DNA from: an uncultured bacterium
GTDB lineage: Bacteria; Fidelibacterota; UBA2242
Reading direction: 5' to 3'
Assembly (NCBI GenBank): GCA_964485475.1
Contig: CAZAKB010000002.1
Coordinates: 1-59,749 of the forward strand
DNA: 59,749 nucleotides
Below, in pieces: positions 1 through 9,005 of the stretch (its first letter is position 1; every line of letters begins with the position of its first letter). The position numbers and the translations under genes are program-made. The notes under the pieces are model-generated. The model was not told the origin of the DNA and searched no databases. It saw only the letters and a list, made by a program, of their open reading frames with translations.

Positions 1-413
1 CTGAAATGCTGGAAGAATCGATCAAGAAGTACCAACTCCGGGCGATTGAAGCGGCTGAAGTGATTGACGAACTGATCAATCTGGCCAAAGAGATGCGGGA
101 AGCCCATCAGCGCGGTGAACAGCTCGGCCTGACCGATGATGAAGTGGCGTTTTACGATGCCCTTGAGGTCAATGACAGCGCTGTAAAAGTCATGGGTGAC
201 GAGACATTGAAGTTTCTGGCTCAGGAATTGGTGAAAGCAGTAAAACGAAGCGTATCCGTGGATTGGACGATGCGGGACAATGCCCGTGCCCAGATTCGGG
301 TGATTGTCAAACGGATTCTCCGCAAATATGGCTATCCACCGGATAAGCAGGAAAAAGCAACCCAGACTGTGCTAGAACAGGCTGAAGTACTGTGTCGTGA
401 GTGGGTGGATTAA
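1..413 (+). CDS. hsdR: Type I restriction enzyme R subunit (HsdR), C-terminal fragment; the 5' part lies outside the window
   Basis: The frame is open to the window edge. The translated tail ([13 protein letters not shown]..., [30 protein letters not shown]) matches the conserved C-terminal domain of type I R subunits as I recall it. Hand count of the first 120 nt gives about 51% GC, higher than the rest of the window. Confidence 0.8.
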   Translation, partial: EMLEESIKKYQLRAIEAAEVIDELINLAKEMREAHQRGEQLGLTDDEVAFYDALEVNDSAVKVMGDETLKFLAQELVKAVKRSVSVDWTMRDNARAQIRVIVKRILRKYGYPPDKQEKATQTVLEQAEVLCREWVD

Positions 414-420
414 TCTGAAC

Positions 421-480
421 ATGTCGATTATTTGACGATTTATCGACACGTTTAACTGATATGTCGATTGCGTCGACACA
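421..480. repeat. Cluster of short direct repeats: ATGTCGATT (421-429, 461-469) and TCGACAC (443-449, 473-479)
   Basis: Read directly in the hsdR-tRNA spacer. Two ATGTCGATT...TCGACAC modules have different spacing (13 nt and 3 nt). Function unknown. Confidence 0.6.
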
Positions 481-681
481 TTGAAGTAACTCCCTGTAAT
501 AAGTACACAGATTGTGTAGAAAGTCCTTGCAATAAATACACAGTATGAATTCACCGTAACAATATCTGGATATTGGGCCTGTAGTTTTAGGATTAATTGC
601 ATGCGGTTCGGCATTTGATGAAGCAGTTTACGAGCTGATTTGGATCAGATTTATACTCTGCCATCCTGTCTGATTTCGAGT

Positions 682-707
682 AGTTTCCCCAGTAAGTTTC
701 CCCAGTA
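682..707. repeat. Perfect tandem duplication of a 13-mer (AGTTTCCCCAGTA x2), 7 nt upstream of tRNA-Arg
   Basis: Read directly: 682-694 is identical to 695-707. Confidence 0.9.
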
Positions 708-714
708 ATGAAAT

Positions 715-787
715 GCCCCGATAGCTCAAAGGATAGAGCATCTGCCTTCTAAGCAGAGGGTTGCAGGTTCGAGTCCTGCTCGGGGTA
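715..787 (+). tRNA. tRNA-Arg (anticodon TCT)
   Basis: Manual cloverleaf fold. Acceptor GCCCCGA/TCGGGGT (G1-U72 wobble), D arm GCTC/GAGC, anticodon stem TCTGC/GCAGA with loop CTTCTAA (anticodon TCT), 5-nt variable loop, T arm GCAGG/CCTGC with loop TTCGAGT, discriminator A. No encoded CCA. Confidence 0.9.
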
Positions 788-976
788 CTTAAATGTTTCT
801 CGACGAGAAATTAAAATATCCACTCCCAAAATAACATTCTTCAAAATTCAACCCCAGGTGCTCATTTTGCGTCATAGGGTGTCAGGAGTATCGCGTATAT
901 GGAATTGAATATGCTAGTCCCTAGGCTTATAGCCTGCATGCTAACCAGTTCCGAAGTTAAATCAGTGAATCAGAAT

Positions 977-3754
977 TTATTTCAGTTCTAGTTCAATAGT
1001 TACTATTTTCTTAGCATTAATTTTAATTTCAATCCAGGTTTTATCTAAAATTACTAATTCCGCCAACCTATTTTCCTCCAGATTCACTTGCCAGGCATTC
1101 GCGATTTGCCGCATGCATTCAATCCTTCCGGCTATTGGTTCTGATATCGGATTAAAAACCCGTAAAATCACTGTATCCTGTTTTTCGGCAATTTTCAGCG
1201 CACTGAGAATTAATGTCTCAGGATGAACTCTGAAAAAAGACATCTCCGGCTCGTGGACATTGATACCGGTGGTTATTTGAATTAGCCGAAGTGGAACGTT
1301 GAATTCTCTTGAGGCGAAATACAATTTTGTCTTCTGCCAGTTTCCGGAATGTGGGTAAATGGCATAATCGTATTCAAACTTCCCTTTGCTCTGGCTGCTC
1401 AGGATATAAGGATCATCGGCCCAGGGATTCGCCCCGCCTGCAATCCGCGGATAGCGCACACCATGCAACAGTGTAATCGCGATTGAGCGATCGTCGTCCT
1501 GGGAAATTTCATAATCACGCAAACCCTTATTCAGAATGGCCAATCCCTCTTTACCATCGAACAGATCGACCCAGTTCTGCTGTGGCTGGATTCCAAGTTC
1601 CTTGTCAATCCACTTACTGGAATCCACGGCAAAATCCACCGGCCGGGCAACTGCATCAAACTGACTCTCCGACCACGATTTTTCGACTTTTAATTGTGTC
1701 GGAAAGGCCACTCTTAAGCGATGATCTTCGGCGGATGTATCGACTTCTGTGTGAATTGATACCCACTTGGAATTGAGCGTCAAACGGACATCGGATACAA
1801 TTTCAATTGTCCGTTCCTTTTTCCGACGCCTTTTTTTATTAACCGTTAGGGACACCGGAACCGATAATGTCTGTGTTATACGACAAGTCGCTGCTAGGGT
1901 AGTATTTTCAACCAGGTCTATTTTATCGGCAACGATATCTTGAGTCTGGCAAGTCCGGTCATTTTCAGGACGAATATAATACCAGGGTGTGCCGGCATCG
2001 CCCCCATCTTCAAAAGTATTCTGCCGGGTATACAGCCGGCCGGTTGTTTTGTTGAGAATATTCAGAGATCCGTCAGAATTTATGGTAACTTTTAAAAATT
2101 CGTTTTCCATTGAATGAGCTGCGGTAGCGACTAGACTCTCACTTATCGGCTCGGCTTTATCGGCCGTTACCACCTTAAAGCATTTGAATCCAAACGACGG
2201 TACTGAATCAGCCATGAAAGAAATTTTATAGCGGTGAACAAAAATCGCTGAGTAAGCGGCGTCACCATCTTCATCAACGCCGTATACTTTCTGATAATCC
2301 AAAATTTCATAGGGTATCGATTTGCCCTGAAAATTCTCAATTCGGAAAAACCTCGATCCAGAGGATTGGGAAATATCAAGGAAGGCTTCTACTACTTCGG
2401 TCCGTTCCTGCTGCAGCGTATTGAATACAGTAATGACTTGATAGTTTTGAGAAAAATCCCGTTCAGTTACGGATTCCAGCACACTGAATTCGCTACGGTC
2501 ACTGATTCCATCCGCAATCAGACAGGCTTGTTCCAGTCGGTATGTTGCATCCTTATAAATCTGGTCCACACTGGGTCCGCAGACGGTGTCGTGTCCATGG
2601 TTGGATAAAATAAATTTCCAGACCAGATCGATAAAAGTCCGCGGATATTCCGCGCCCGCCATCCAGGCAAAAACAGCCAACGGCTCGACAATCTTTTCTG
2701 CCAGGATCTGAGCATCATGATTCAACCGTTTAAACGCTGCCTGAGATACCAGGACTCCCTGCATGATGCTGGTCCCATTGGTGTCTACCGCCGGATGCCG
2801 CTGCTCACCTTTTACAACTGGTAATTTCTCCCAATCCACACATTCCCTGACAGCCTGAATAAATGCCGGAAACGAAGAGTGAACCACTTGATCCTGCGGC
2901 CATGTCTCGTTAGCGTCTCGGATAATGTAGCCGGTATTCGGATGTGGATAACTGGCGTCGAAACCATCCATCAGCAGCAGGTGCTTAGTGGTCGCCATCT
3001 TATTGACCCAGGACTTGGCATATTTGAATCCCTCAATGACTTTGTCCGGATGATAGGTATGTGGCTGATTTTTATGCATCAGCTTAAAGCTGGAATGCTC
3101 AGATCCCGGAGTAATATTATGAAATAGAATTTTGCCATCATAAGCATTATCCCCAGTGTACATTGTTTCAGAGAAGACATTAAACCGAAAGTTAAAGCGT
3201 GTAAATTTCACTGGCAATTTGATACCCAGAATTTGAGTGCCGTCGGCCGCTTCAAGCCGGTACTCCGATGATTTCAATCCATGTGCATCTATGCCACGGT
3301 AAAATATGATGCTGTCAACCTCAAACCCGTGATATATCTGCGCCATTTGTGACACCTGCCCATAAGAACAGGGCGTGTACCCGACTTTCATCACCTGCCC
3401 GAATTGTTTTGCAACTTTATGCCCCATCAGCAGGTTCCGGACAATGGCCTCCGCACTGACAATGAAGAAATCCGGTAGCGTGTACCAGGGACCGACAAGG
3501 ATTTTTCCACTTTTAATATGTTTTTCCAGAAGAGCCCGTTTTTCCGGCCGGATTTCAATATAATCTTCCAGCAAAATGGTCTGGGAATCCAGATGGTAAT
3601 GTTTGAAATCCTTTTCTCTCTCACAGATTTCCAGCAGGCGATCCATCATTTCAACTAGATCCATACGCATATGCTGAAAGGGATGCCGCCACTCCCGGTC
3701 CCAGTGGGTATTGGATACGACGTGCAAAACATGCCGGTGAGATTTATTTTTCAT
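977..3754 (-). CDS. GH38 alpha-mannosidase (paralog 1), no signal peptide
   Basis: 925 aa. N-terminal HVVSNTHWDREWRHPFQ motif and later NHGHDTVCG motif are typical of bacterial GH38 (MngB/AMS1-like). No N-terminal hydrophobic leader. Confidence 0.9.
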   Translation of the reverse strand: MKNKSHRHVLHVVSNTHWDREWRHPFQHMRMDLVEMMDRLLEICEREKDFKHYHLDSQTILLEDYIEIRPEKRALLEKHIKSGKILVGPWYTLPDFFIVSAEAIVRNLLMGHKVAKQFGQVMKVGYTPCSYGQVSQMAQIYHGFEVDSIIFYRGIDAHGLKSSEYRLEAADGTQILGIKLPVKFTRFNFRFNVFSETMYTGDNAYDGKILFHNITPGSEHSSFKLMHKNQPHTYHPDKVIEGFKYAKSWVNKMATTKHLLLMDGFDASYPHPNTGYIIRDANETWPQDQVVHSSFPAFIQAVRECVDWEKLPVVKGEQRHPAVDTNGTSIMQGVLVSQAAFKRLNHDAQILAEKIVEPLAVFAWMAGAEYPRTFIDLVWKFILSNHGHDTVCGPSVDQIYKDATYRLEQACLIADGISDRSEFSVLESVTERDFSQNYQVITVFNTLQQERTEVVEAFLDISQSSGSRFFRIENFQGKSIPYEILDYQKVYGVDEDGDAAYSAIFVHRYKISFMADSVPSFGFKCFKVVTADKAEPISESLVATAAHSMENEFLKVTINSDGSLNILNKTTGRLYTRQNTFEDGGDAGTPWYYIRPENDRTCQTQDIVADKIDLVENTTLAATCRITQTLSVPVSLTVNKKRRRKKERTIEIVSDVRLTLNSKWVSIHTEVDTSAEDHRLRVAFPTQLKVEKSWSESQFDAVARPVDFAVDSSKWIDKELGIQPQQNWVDLFDGKEGLAILNKGLRDYEISQDDDRSIAITLLHGVRYPRIAGGANPWADDPYILSSQSKGKFEYDYAIYPHSGNWQKTKLYFASREFNVPLRLIQITTGINVHEPEMSFFRVHPETLILSALKIAEKQDTVILRVFNPISEPIAGRIECMRQIANAWQVNLEENRLAELVILDKTWIEIKINAKKIVTIELELK

Positions 3755-3787
3755 ATTATTCCTTTATATAAAATTGTTATTTGGCGA

Positions 3788-4921
3788 TCATTTTGCCAGT
3801 TGTACTCTGATAAACCTCGGCCGGTATACATCCATTCCCTGACTTGAGATGTCCACATCCACCGGCGCCGTCACATAACTGATAATCAGTTCGCCGGGTT
3901 TCGATGACAATTCCGGATGACATTTGGCTGCGTAAGTCATCGTTTGATGGTCAGGATTCTGATAGATGCAAACAGGTTCAGACCAAGGGCCGGTCAATTG
4001 CGGCGCTACGCTCAGATAAATATATGGTTTTTCGGGAACATAGGTGGTGCAGTAATTGAGTTTCCAGGCAGCGTCGTACTGAATCATTGTTTCTGTGCAT
4101 CCCGGCGCAAACAGTGTGATGGCTCCATTACGCGTTTTGCTCCAAATGTTACCTTTTTGAGATTTTACCCAGTACTCCAGCGTCTCCACCCCACCGCCGG
4201 CAAGAACATCTGTTGCTTTGGCACGGACTAAAATCATGCGGCGGTTTTTCGGATCATCGTTCAAATCATCCAGGGCTATGAAATAAAGCCAGGGTTTTTC
4301 GTACCAGACTGCCGAATGCAGAACAAAATGATCACTGCCAATGTTCATATCAAAATAGCGCAGATTCCATTCCATCGGATCATCATCGGGATTATCGATT
4401 ACAACAGATACCGTGCCCGCCACCCAGCCCTCCGACCAGTCTTTGTTTAATGTCATACAAAATACAATCAACTGATCTCCGATTCGGAGGCCATGTGTCG
4501 GCCAGTAGAATTTCCCCGACGTTCCTTCGTGAAATGGAAAAAACGCAATGTCTTTGTTCTCCTCTTTCCGCCAAAAATATTGAATACTTTGCAAAGGGTG
4601 AACGGTTCTGTCCTGTATGGCAATAGTACTGTTGATGAAAAACCGGTTCGGCACCCGCCGACCTTCTATTATTTCACCCAGGAAGGTATCGCCGAATAGC
4701 CACAGTGTCCGCCGGCCATCCAGTACAATAGAAGTGGCGGCATCTGCGCCCAGCCAGCCGCTGGCATTAGCCTGAAACATCTGATCATAAAGGCTGTCAA
4801 TTTCAACAGAAACCAACCGGACCGGGTAATTTTCGGGCCAGACCGGACATTGCGCCTTTACCAATCCCATTGAAGCAGTTAGCATCGACACCCAGATCAT
4901 CATTTTATTACGAAAAGTCAT
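3788..4921 (-). CDS. Exported DUF4185-like beta-propeller protein (putative glycosidase; the DUF4185 domain underlies CAZy GH183)
   Basis: 377 aa with a signal peptide (MMIWVSMLTASMGLVKAQ). It carries the motif TLWLFGDTFLG and a C-terminal YRPRFIRV motif, both shared with the paralogs at 32511-33626 and 41234-43237. The family call is from memory of the LWxFGDT signature. Confidence 0.55.
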   Translation of the reverse strand: MTFRNKMMIWVSMLTASMGLVKAQCPVWPENYPVRLVSVEIDSLYDQMFQANASGWLGADAATSIVLDGRRTLWLFGDTFLGEIIEGRRVPNRFFINSTIAIQDRTVHPLQSIQYFWRKEENKDIAFFPFHEGTSGKFYWPTHGLRIGDQLIVFCMTLNKDWSEGWVAGTVSVVIDNPDDDPMEWNLRYFDMNIGSDHFVLHSAVWYEKPWLYFIALDDLNDDPKNRRMILVRAKATDVLAGGGVETLEYWVKSQKGNIWSKTRNGAITLFAPGCTETMIQYDAAWKLNYCTTYVPEKPYIYLSVAPQLTGPWSEPVCIYQNPDHQTMTYAAKCHPELSSKPGELIISYVTAPVDVDISSQGMDVYRPRFIRVQLAK

Positions 4922-4941
4922 CTTTTTCCCCTATCATCATT

Positions 4942-7788
4942 TTACCAATGAAACTCGCAGACCGGATGAACTGTGATAAAAACATTGCTAAGTAATCCTG
5001 ATGGATAATTCGCCTTTTCACGCTCATTCGCCATGCTGTTGGCAATACGTAATTTGAGTAAATTGTCTCCGGGAATCAAACAGCCGGTAATAGCCGCATT
5101 ATAAGGCGGCCAGCAGCGCTGTGTCACATACTGTTCATTTAAGCGGATTTCAACACTGTGTCCAACGTTACCAATATGAATGAAAAACCGGTTGTCATTC
5201 GTAAACCAGGCCGAATCCATTCGGAATGTCTGGGTATAGGTTCCGATTCCCGAAAAACCAGGATAATCCTCTGTCCAACTACCTGCCGAGCGAATAGCCG
5301 GCCGGATGGAACTATCCGACGCGCTAAACAGCCATTGGTTCTCCAGGTATACCGTATCCACAATCACATTTTGCCATTGGAAAGCGTATTTCCCATCGAT
5401 ATCCAGGGTTAGGTCAGACCGGCCTGCTGCCAGCGGAGCTGCTGTAGTAACGACTTTTTTCTGGGATACAGAAATATTTTCAATCTGCCAATCGCCGGTT
5501 ATCGGATGAATATTCGGCCCAGGTCCACGGTGAAACACAACGCACTGGGAACCGTAACGGTCCAGCTTCAATGGCATGATTGTATAGCCCTTTTCCCGGC
5601 GATAGGCGACCAGGGTTCGGATTTGCCCGTTTTCCGGATTCCAGATTTCAGGCACGCCGGTATTTCTGAAGGAAATTTCGTTGGTAACTGGCAGAGAATC
5701 GTTGTTGGTGACAAAATAAATATCCAGCCCGGCCTTCCGTTTATGAATAAAATTAACTGCAGCCGTTTCTTTATTCAGCCGAATGTCCTGCTTCAGGTTT
5801 AGCTGTAGCAAATGATTCAATTCACAAGATAATCCAGTTATTTGAAAAGCCTTTCCTGATTTATCGGGATCGCCAGCCCATTCACTATTCCAGATGACCT
5901 CCGTATCCTCAAAAACAAACTTCCCTGCAGTATTCCAGATTGGCAAATTTCCGATTGCGATCACCGTTCCTCCGGTCAGGTAAAATTCCCTGATGACGTC
6001 CAGTGTCGCCTGATCTACTACCGTAACATACGGCAGAATCATCAGTTCATAATCTGACTGAACCACCCGATGATTGAGATTTAAAACGGCTTTCCCATTT
6101 TCTGTGCTGATGCGCATCTTTTGCTGCAACGTTACGTCATTCACAATATCATAGTCCCACTGCCAGGCAAGCAATTGTTCGCACAGTTTTTGAAAATTGC
6201 TGTCCAGCGTACTTACTGCAGTCTCATCAATTGGATTAAGCAAAAACCTGGCAGATTTATCAGGATACAGCACTGCGATTTTAGCCACATGCTGACCGCC
6301 GGAAAGCAGAAAGGACAACCGGGAGGTATAGTCGGTGTAGGTTTTCAGAAACGGCCAATAATTGGTTCCGATAAACAGGGACGGTGCAATCTCCATCCGC
6401 CAGTTCCGCTGATTTTCAAAATAAAAGGAACTCAGCATCAGATGATTGACACCCCGGGCAAACAGCCAGTCGGTTACGGCTTTCATCTTCTCAATTGTGG
6501 TAGACCAGCCGTAAGCGCCGAACACTTCACAGAAAAGGTCATGAGTGCCGAAACTGCGGGCGGCCGAGCTGGCGATTTTGGGCGTAATGGCTTTTGGGTT
6601 CCAATGGTATACCGCATCGGCACCCTGGATATGAGAATATTCCATGGCGCTGAAGTAGTCGCCCTGCATAATGGCTGAATATTTTAATTCCTCCTCGTGA
6701 GCAGGCTGGATGTTCAGCTGAATCTGGTGGTCTTCAGCCCAGTCATGCAGTGGTTTAAAATAGGAGTCCTGAAGCAATTCCGCTACCACCTGATAATAAT
6801 CATTACGTACTTTGATTGATTCCGCGCCAAGATTATGCCAGAGGGCTGGCAGATAATCAGCCAGATCATACTGTTTCCGTTTTCGAAACTCATCAGAAAA
6901 TCCTGGCGTCCAGGCAATGGTCTCAGGATTGATTCCCCAGGGTTTCAGGTTTTGGTAGACACCCGGCTCGTCGGTAATGATGCTGGTAATTACATTACCG
7001 AAGTATTCCGGCATTTTGGCATAATAGCGCGCGTGGTTAATTTTGATAAATTCAGCAGCTGTCCTCGGATCCAGCAAATCAACATAATACATCTCGGAAA
7101 AGACCGGTCGAAAATCACCGGCTTTCACTTCATAGGAAAGAATCTCCCACTCGCCTTCCGGAACCTGCCAGTCAAGACTGTGATAACTTATCTGATTACT
7201 GAGATTTGTCAATTTAGTATAAACCGACTGACCATTCACAATTGGCACAGCAAATATTGAGGCCGATTCTTCATTTACAGTCGTGGTAAAACGATCAGGA
7301 CCTGTAATCGACTGGCGGTTTTCCGACAAACACTTACTACGAAGTTCCGGGTGATTTTTCAGCATTATACCACCGGCATGACCGCTAGGCCAGCACCATT
7401 CATCATATAGACAAATCTTCAACCCGACTTCTGCTGCAATATCACAGGCGTATTTGACCTGATCAAACCATTCATCGGATAAAAATTCTATGGTCAATCC
7501 TTCCCACGCTAGCAGGACAACAGTACTTACGGTATGGCTGCGCTTCATCTCTTCCAGTTGGAACCGTATTTGTGTTGAATCAATATCGCCATTCCAGAAC
7601 CAGTAGACCCAAGGTCTGTACTCCTCAGGCGGATTGGCAAAGGCTTGCTGCAATTCGGTATATTGACGGTTTGATGAACAATTCATCACAAGCAACGAGA
7701 TGGCAAACATTGCGGTAAAAATACAGAATCCGGGCTTTTTGAGTCCTTCTGAATTGCTAAATAAATTAATAAATTGCCTCATATTCAT
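4942..7788 (-). CDS. Exported glycoside hydrolase-like protein (GH106-like N-terminal signature, C-terminal galactose-binding-like jelly roll)
   Basis: The start is moved to ATG 7788 (MNMRQF...), because the longer ORF overlaps the divergent gene at 7868. A hydrophobic leader ends in LLVMNCSS. PPEEYRPWVYWFWNG is the signature seen in GH106 and related large hydrolases. The family assignment is tentative. Confidence 0.55.
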   Translation of the reverse strand: MNMRQFINLFSNSEGLKKPGFCIFTAMFAISLLVMNCSSNRQYTELQQAFANPPEEYRPWVYWFWNGDIDSTQIRFQLEEMKRSHTVSTVVLLAWEGLTIEFLSDEWFDQVKYACDIAAEVGLKICLYDEWCWPSGHAGGIMLKNHPELRSKCLSENRQSITGPDRFTTTVNEESASIFAVPIVNGQSVYTKLTNLSNQISYHSLDWQVPEGEWEILSYEVKAGDFRPVFSEMYYVDLLDPRTAAEFIKINHARYYAKMPEYFGNVITSIITDEPGVYQNLKPWGINPETIAWTPGFSDEFRKRKQYDLADYLPALWHNLGAESIKVRNDYYQVVAELLQDSYFKPLHDWAEDHQIQLNIQPAHEEELKYSAIMQGDYFSAMEYSHIQGADAVYHWNPKAITPKIASSAARSFGTHDLFCEVFGAYGWSTTIEKMKAVTDWLFARGVNHLMLSSFYFENQRNWRMEIAPSLFIGTNYWPFLKTYTDYTSRLSFLLSGGQHVAKIAVLYPDKSARFLLNPIDETAVSTLDSNFQKLCEQLLAWQWDYDIVNDVTLQQKMRISTENGKAVLNLNHRVVQSDYELMILPYVTVVDQATLDVIREFYLTGGTVIAIGNLPIWNTAGKFVFEDTEVIWNSEWAGDPDKSGKAFQITGLSCELNHLLQLNLKQDIRLNKETAAVNFIHKRKAGLDIYFVTNNDSLPVTNEISFRNTGVPEIWNPENGQIRTLVAYRREKGYTIMPLKLDRYGSQCVVFHRGPGPNIHPITGDWQIENISVSQKKVVTTAAPLAAGRSDLTLDIDGKYAFQWQNVIVDTVYLENQWLFSASDSSIRPAIRSAGSWTEDYPGFSGIGTYTQTFRMDSAWFTNDNRFFIHIGNVGHSVEIRLNEQYVTQRCWPPYNAAITGCLIPGDNLLKLRIANSMANEREKANYPSGLLSNVFITVHPVCEFHW

Positions 7789-7807
7789 AAAGTCATTTGA
7801 TGACTTT
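7789..7807. promoter_or_regulatory. Perfect inverted repeat AAAGTCA-TTTGA-TGACTTT, candidate GntR/FadR-type operator
   Basis: 7-nt perfect arms with a GT...AC core, in the divergent spacer between 4942-7788(-) and 7868-9004(+). The 17-mer ATTCATAAAGTCATTTG (7783-7799) recurs exactly at 50118-50134, upstream of the GntR gene. Confidence 0.45.
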
Positions 7808-7867
7808 GGATGCAAATTAATATATATTATAAGCCGATAAAGGTGCAAGGAAAAACACGAGAAACTA

Positions 7868-9004
7868 ATGGAATATCGAAAATTTGGCAATACCGGAAAA
7901 ATGGTCTCCGCTTTAGGCTTTGGCTGCATGCGATTTCCGGTTATTAATAAGGATCCTGGCAATATAGATGAAGTGCAATCTGCCCGACTGCTGCATCATG
8001 CCATCGAACAGGGAATCAACTATTTTGACACCGCCTGGTTCTATCATGGCGGCAACAGTGAATCCTTCGTGGGAAAAACTATTCATGGCAGACTCCGCCA
8101 GAAAATTTTCCTGGCCACTAAACTTCCCCCAACGGAAGTTCACAGTTACGATGATATGGACCGGATTCTCAATGAGCAGCTTCGGCGGCTGCAAACCGAC
8201 TACCTCGATTTTTATCTATTACATGCTCTGAACAAGAGATATTGGAATCACCTGAAGAATCTGAATGTAATCGGATTTTTAGAAAAGGCCGTTAAAGATG
8301 GTCGGATTCACCATATTGGTTTTTCATTTCATGATGATCATAAAACCTTTATGGAAATCATCGATTCATACGCCTGGGAATTTTGCCAGATTCAGTACAA
8401 CTATATGGATACCGACCATCAGGCCGGTCAGGCGGGTCTGGATCACACGGCAAACAAAGGAATAGGCGCCATAATAATGGAACCGCTGCGAGGTGGAAAA
8501 CTCGCAACAGATCTTCCGCAAGAAGCCGTGGAGTTATTAAAATCCCACTCACCGAATCGCAGCCCTGCCGCCTGGGCGCTGCGCTTTTTGTGGAACCAAC
8601 CTCAGATCTCGATAGTGCTTAGCGGTATGTCCTCGATAGAACAGATGAACGAAAACATTGAGACAGCCCAAAAGACAAAAATCAACGATATGTCTGATGC
8701 TGAAAACAATCTGCTAGAACGCGTGGCCGAACTATTTTTACAGCGAACCCGGATCAATTGTACAAATTGCGGTTATTGTATGCCTTGCCCATCAGGCGTA
8801 TCAATTCCAAATTGCTTTGAATATTACAATAAGGCCTATATTTATAATGATATTCCAGCCGAAAATTTTCGCTATCAGCTTGGTTTAAATGATGCCGAAA
8901 GAGCTTCTCAATGTATTCGTTGCGGAAGTTGCGAGCCCAAATGCCCTCAGCAAATTCCAATAATGGATGAATTGGCAAAAGTTGCAGAATTATTTGAGAA
9001 GTAG
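7868..9004 (+). CDS. Aldo/keto reductase with C-terminal 4Fe-4S ferredoxin-type domain
   Basis: 378 aa. AKR N-terminus (MEYRKFGNTGKMVSALGFGCMRF, YFDTAWFY) plus two Cys clusters (CTNCGYCMPCP and CIRCGSCEPKCP). Confidence 0.9.
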   Translation: MEYRKFGNTGKMVSALGFGCMRFPVINKDPGNIDEVQSARLLHHAIEQGINYFDTAWFYHGGNSESFVGKTIHGRLRQKIFLATKLPPTEVHSYDDMDRILNEQLRRLQTDYLDFYLLHALNKRYWNHLKNLNVIGFLEKAVKDGRIHHIGFSFHDDHKTFMEIIDSYAWEFCQIQYNYMDTDHQAGQAGLDHTANKGIGAIIMEPLRGGKLATDLPQEAVELLKSHSPNRSPAAWALRFLWNQPQISIVLSGMSSIEQMNENIETAQKTKINDMSDAENNLLERVAELFLQRTRINCTNCGYCMPCPSGVSIPNCFEYYNKAYIYNDIPAENFRYQLGLNDAERASQCIRCGSCEPKCPQQIPIMDELAKVAELFEK

Positions 9005-9005
9005 T

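Noticed and set aside
372-614. 80-aa minus-strand ORF overlapping the hsdR stop and the repeat-rich spacer
   Set aside because: It has a low-complexity, hydrophobic/odd composition, no recognisable motif and no ribosome-binding site. It overlaps the end of a well-supported gene, so it is most likely spurious.
1812-1845. Polybasic stretch NKKRRRKKER inside GH38 paralog 1
   Set aside because: The equivalent loop in the other GH38 paralogs is also basic (KKRSDWEKE, HEKRSDARV). It looks like a variable surface loop, not an inserted element or frameshift site.
6121-6678. Long antisense ORFs inside large genes (6121-6678, 6835-7260, 23606-24205, 23889-24245, 46928-47344, 52386-52883 and the many 60-120 aa ones)
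   Set aside because: Each lies wholly within a well-supported, motif-bearing gene on the opposite strand. Their Arg/Ser/Pro-rich or low-complexity translations are typical of shadow frames.
7789-7962. N-terminal 58 codons of ORF 4942..7962 as given in the track
   Set aside because: The extension overlaps the divergent AKR gene and the palindromic operator, and it encodes no leader. The internal MNMRQF... start at 7788 gives a proper signal sequence.
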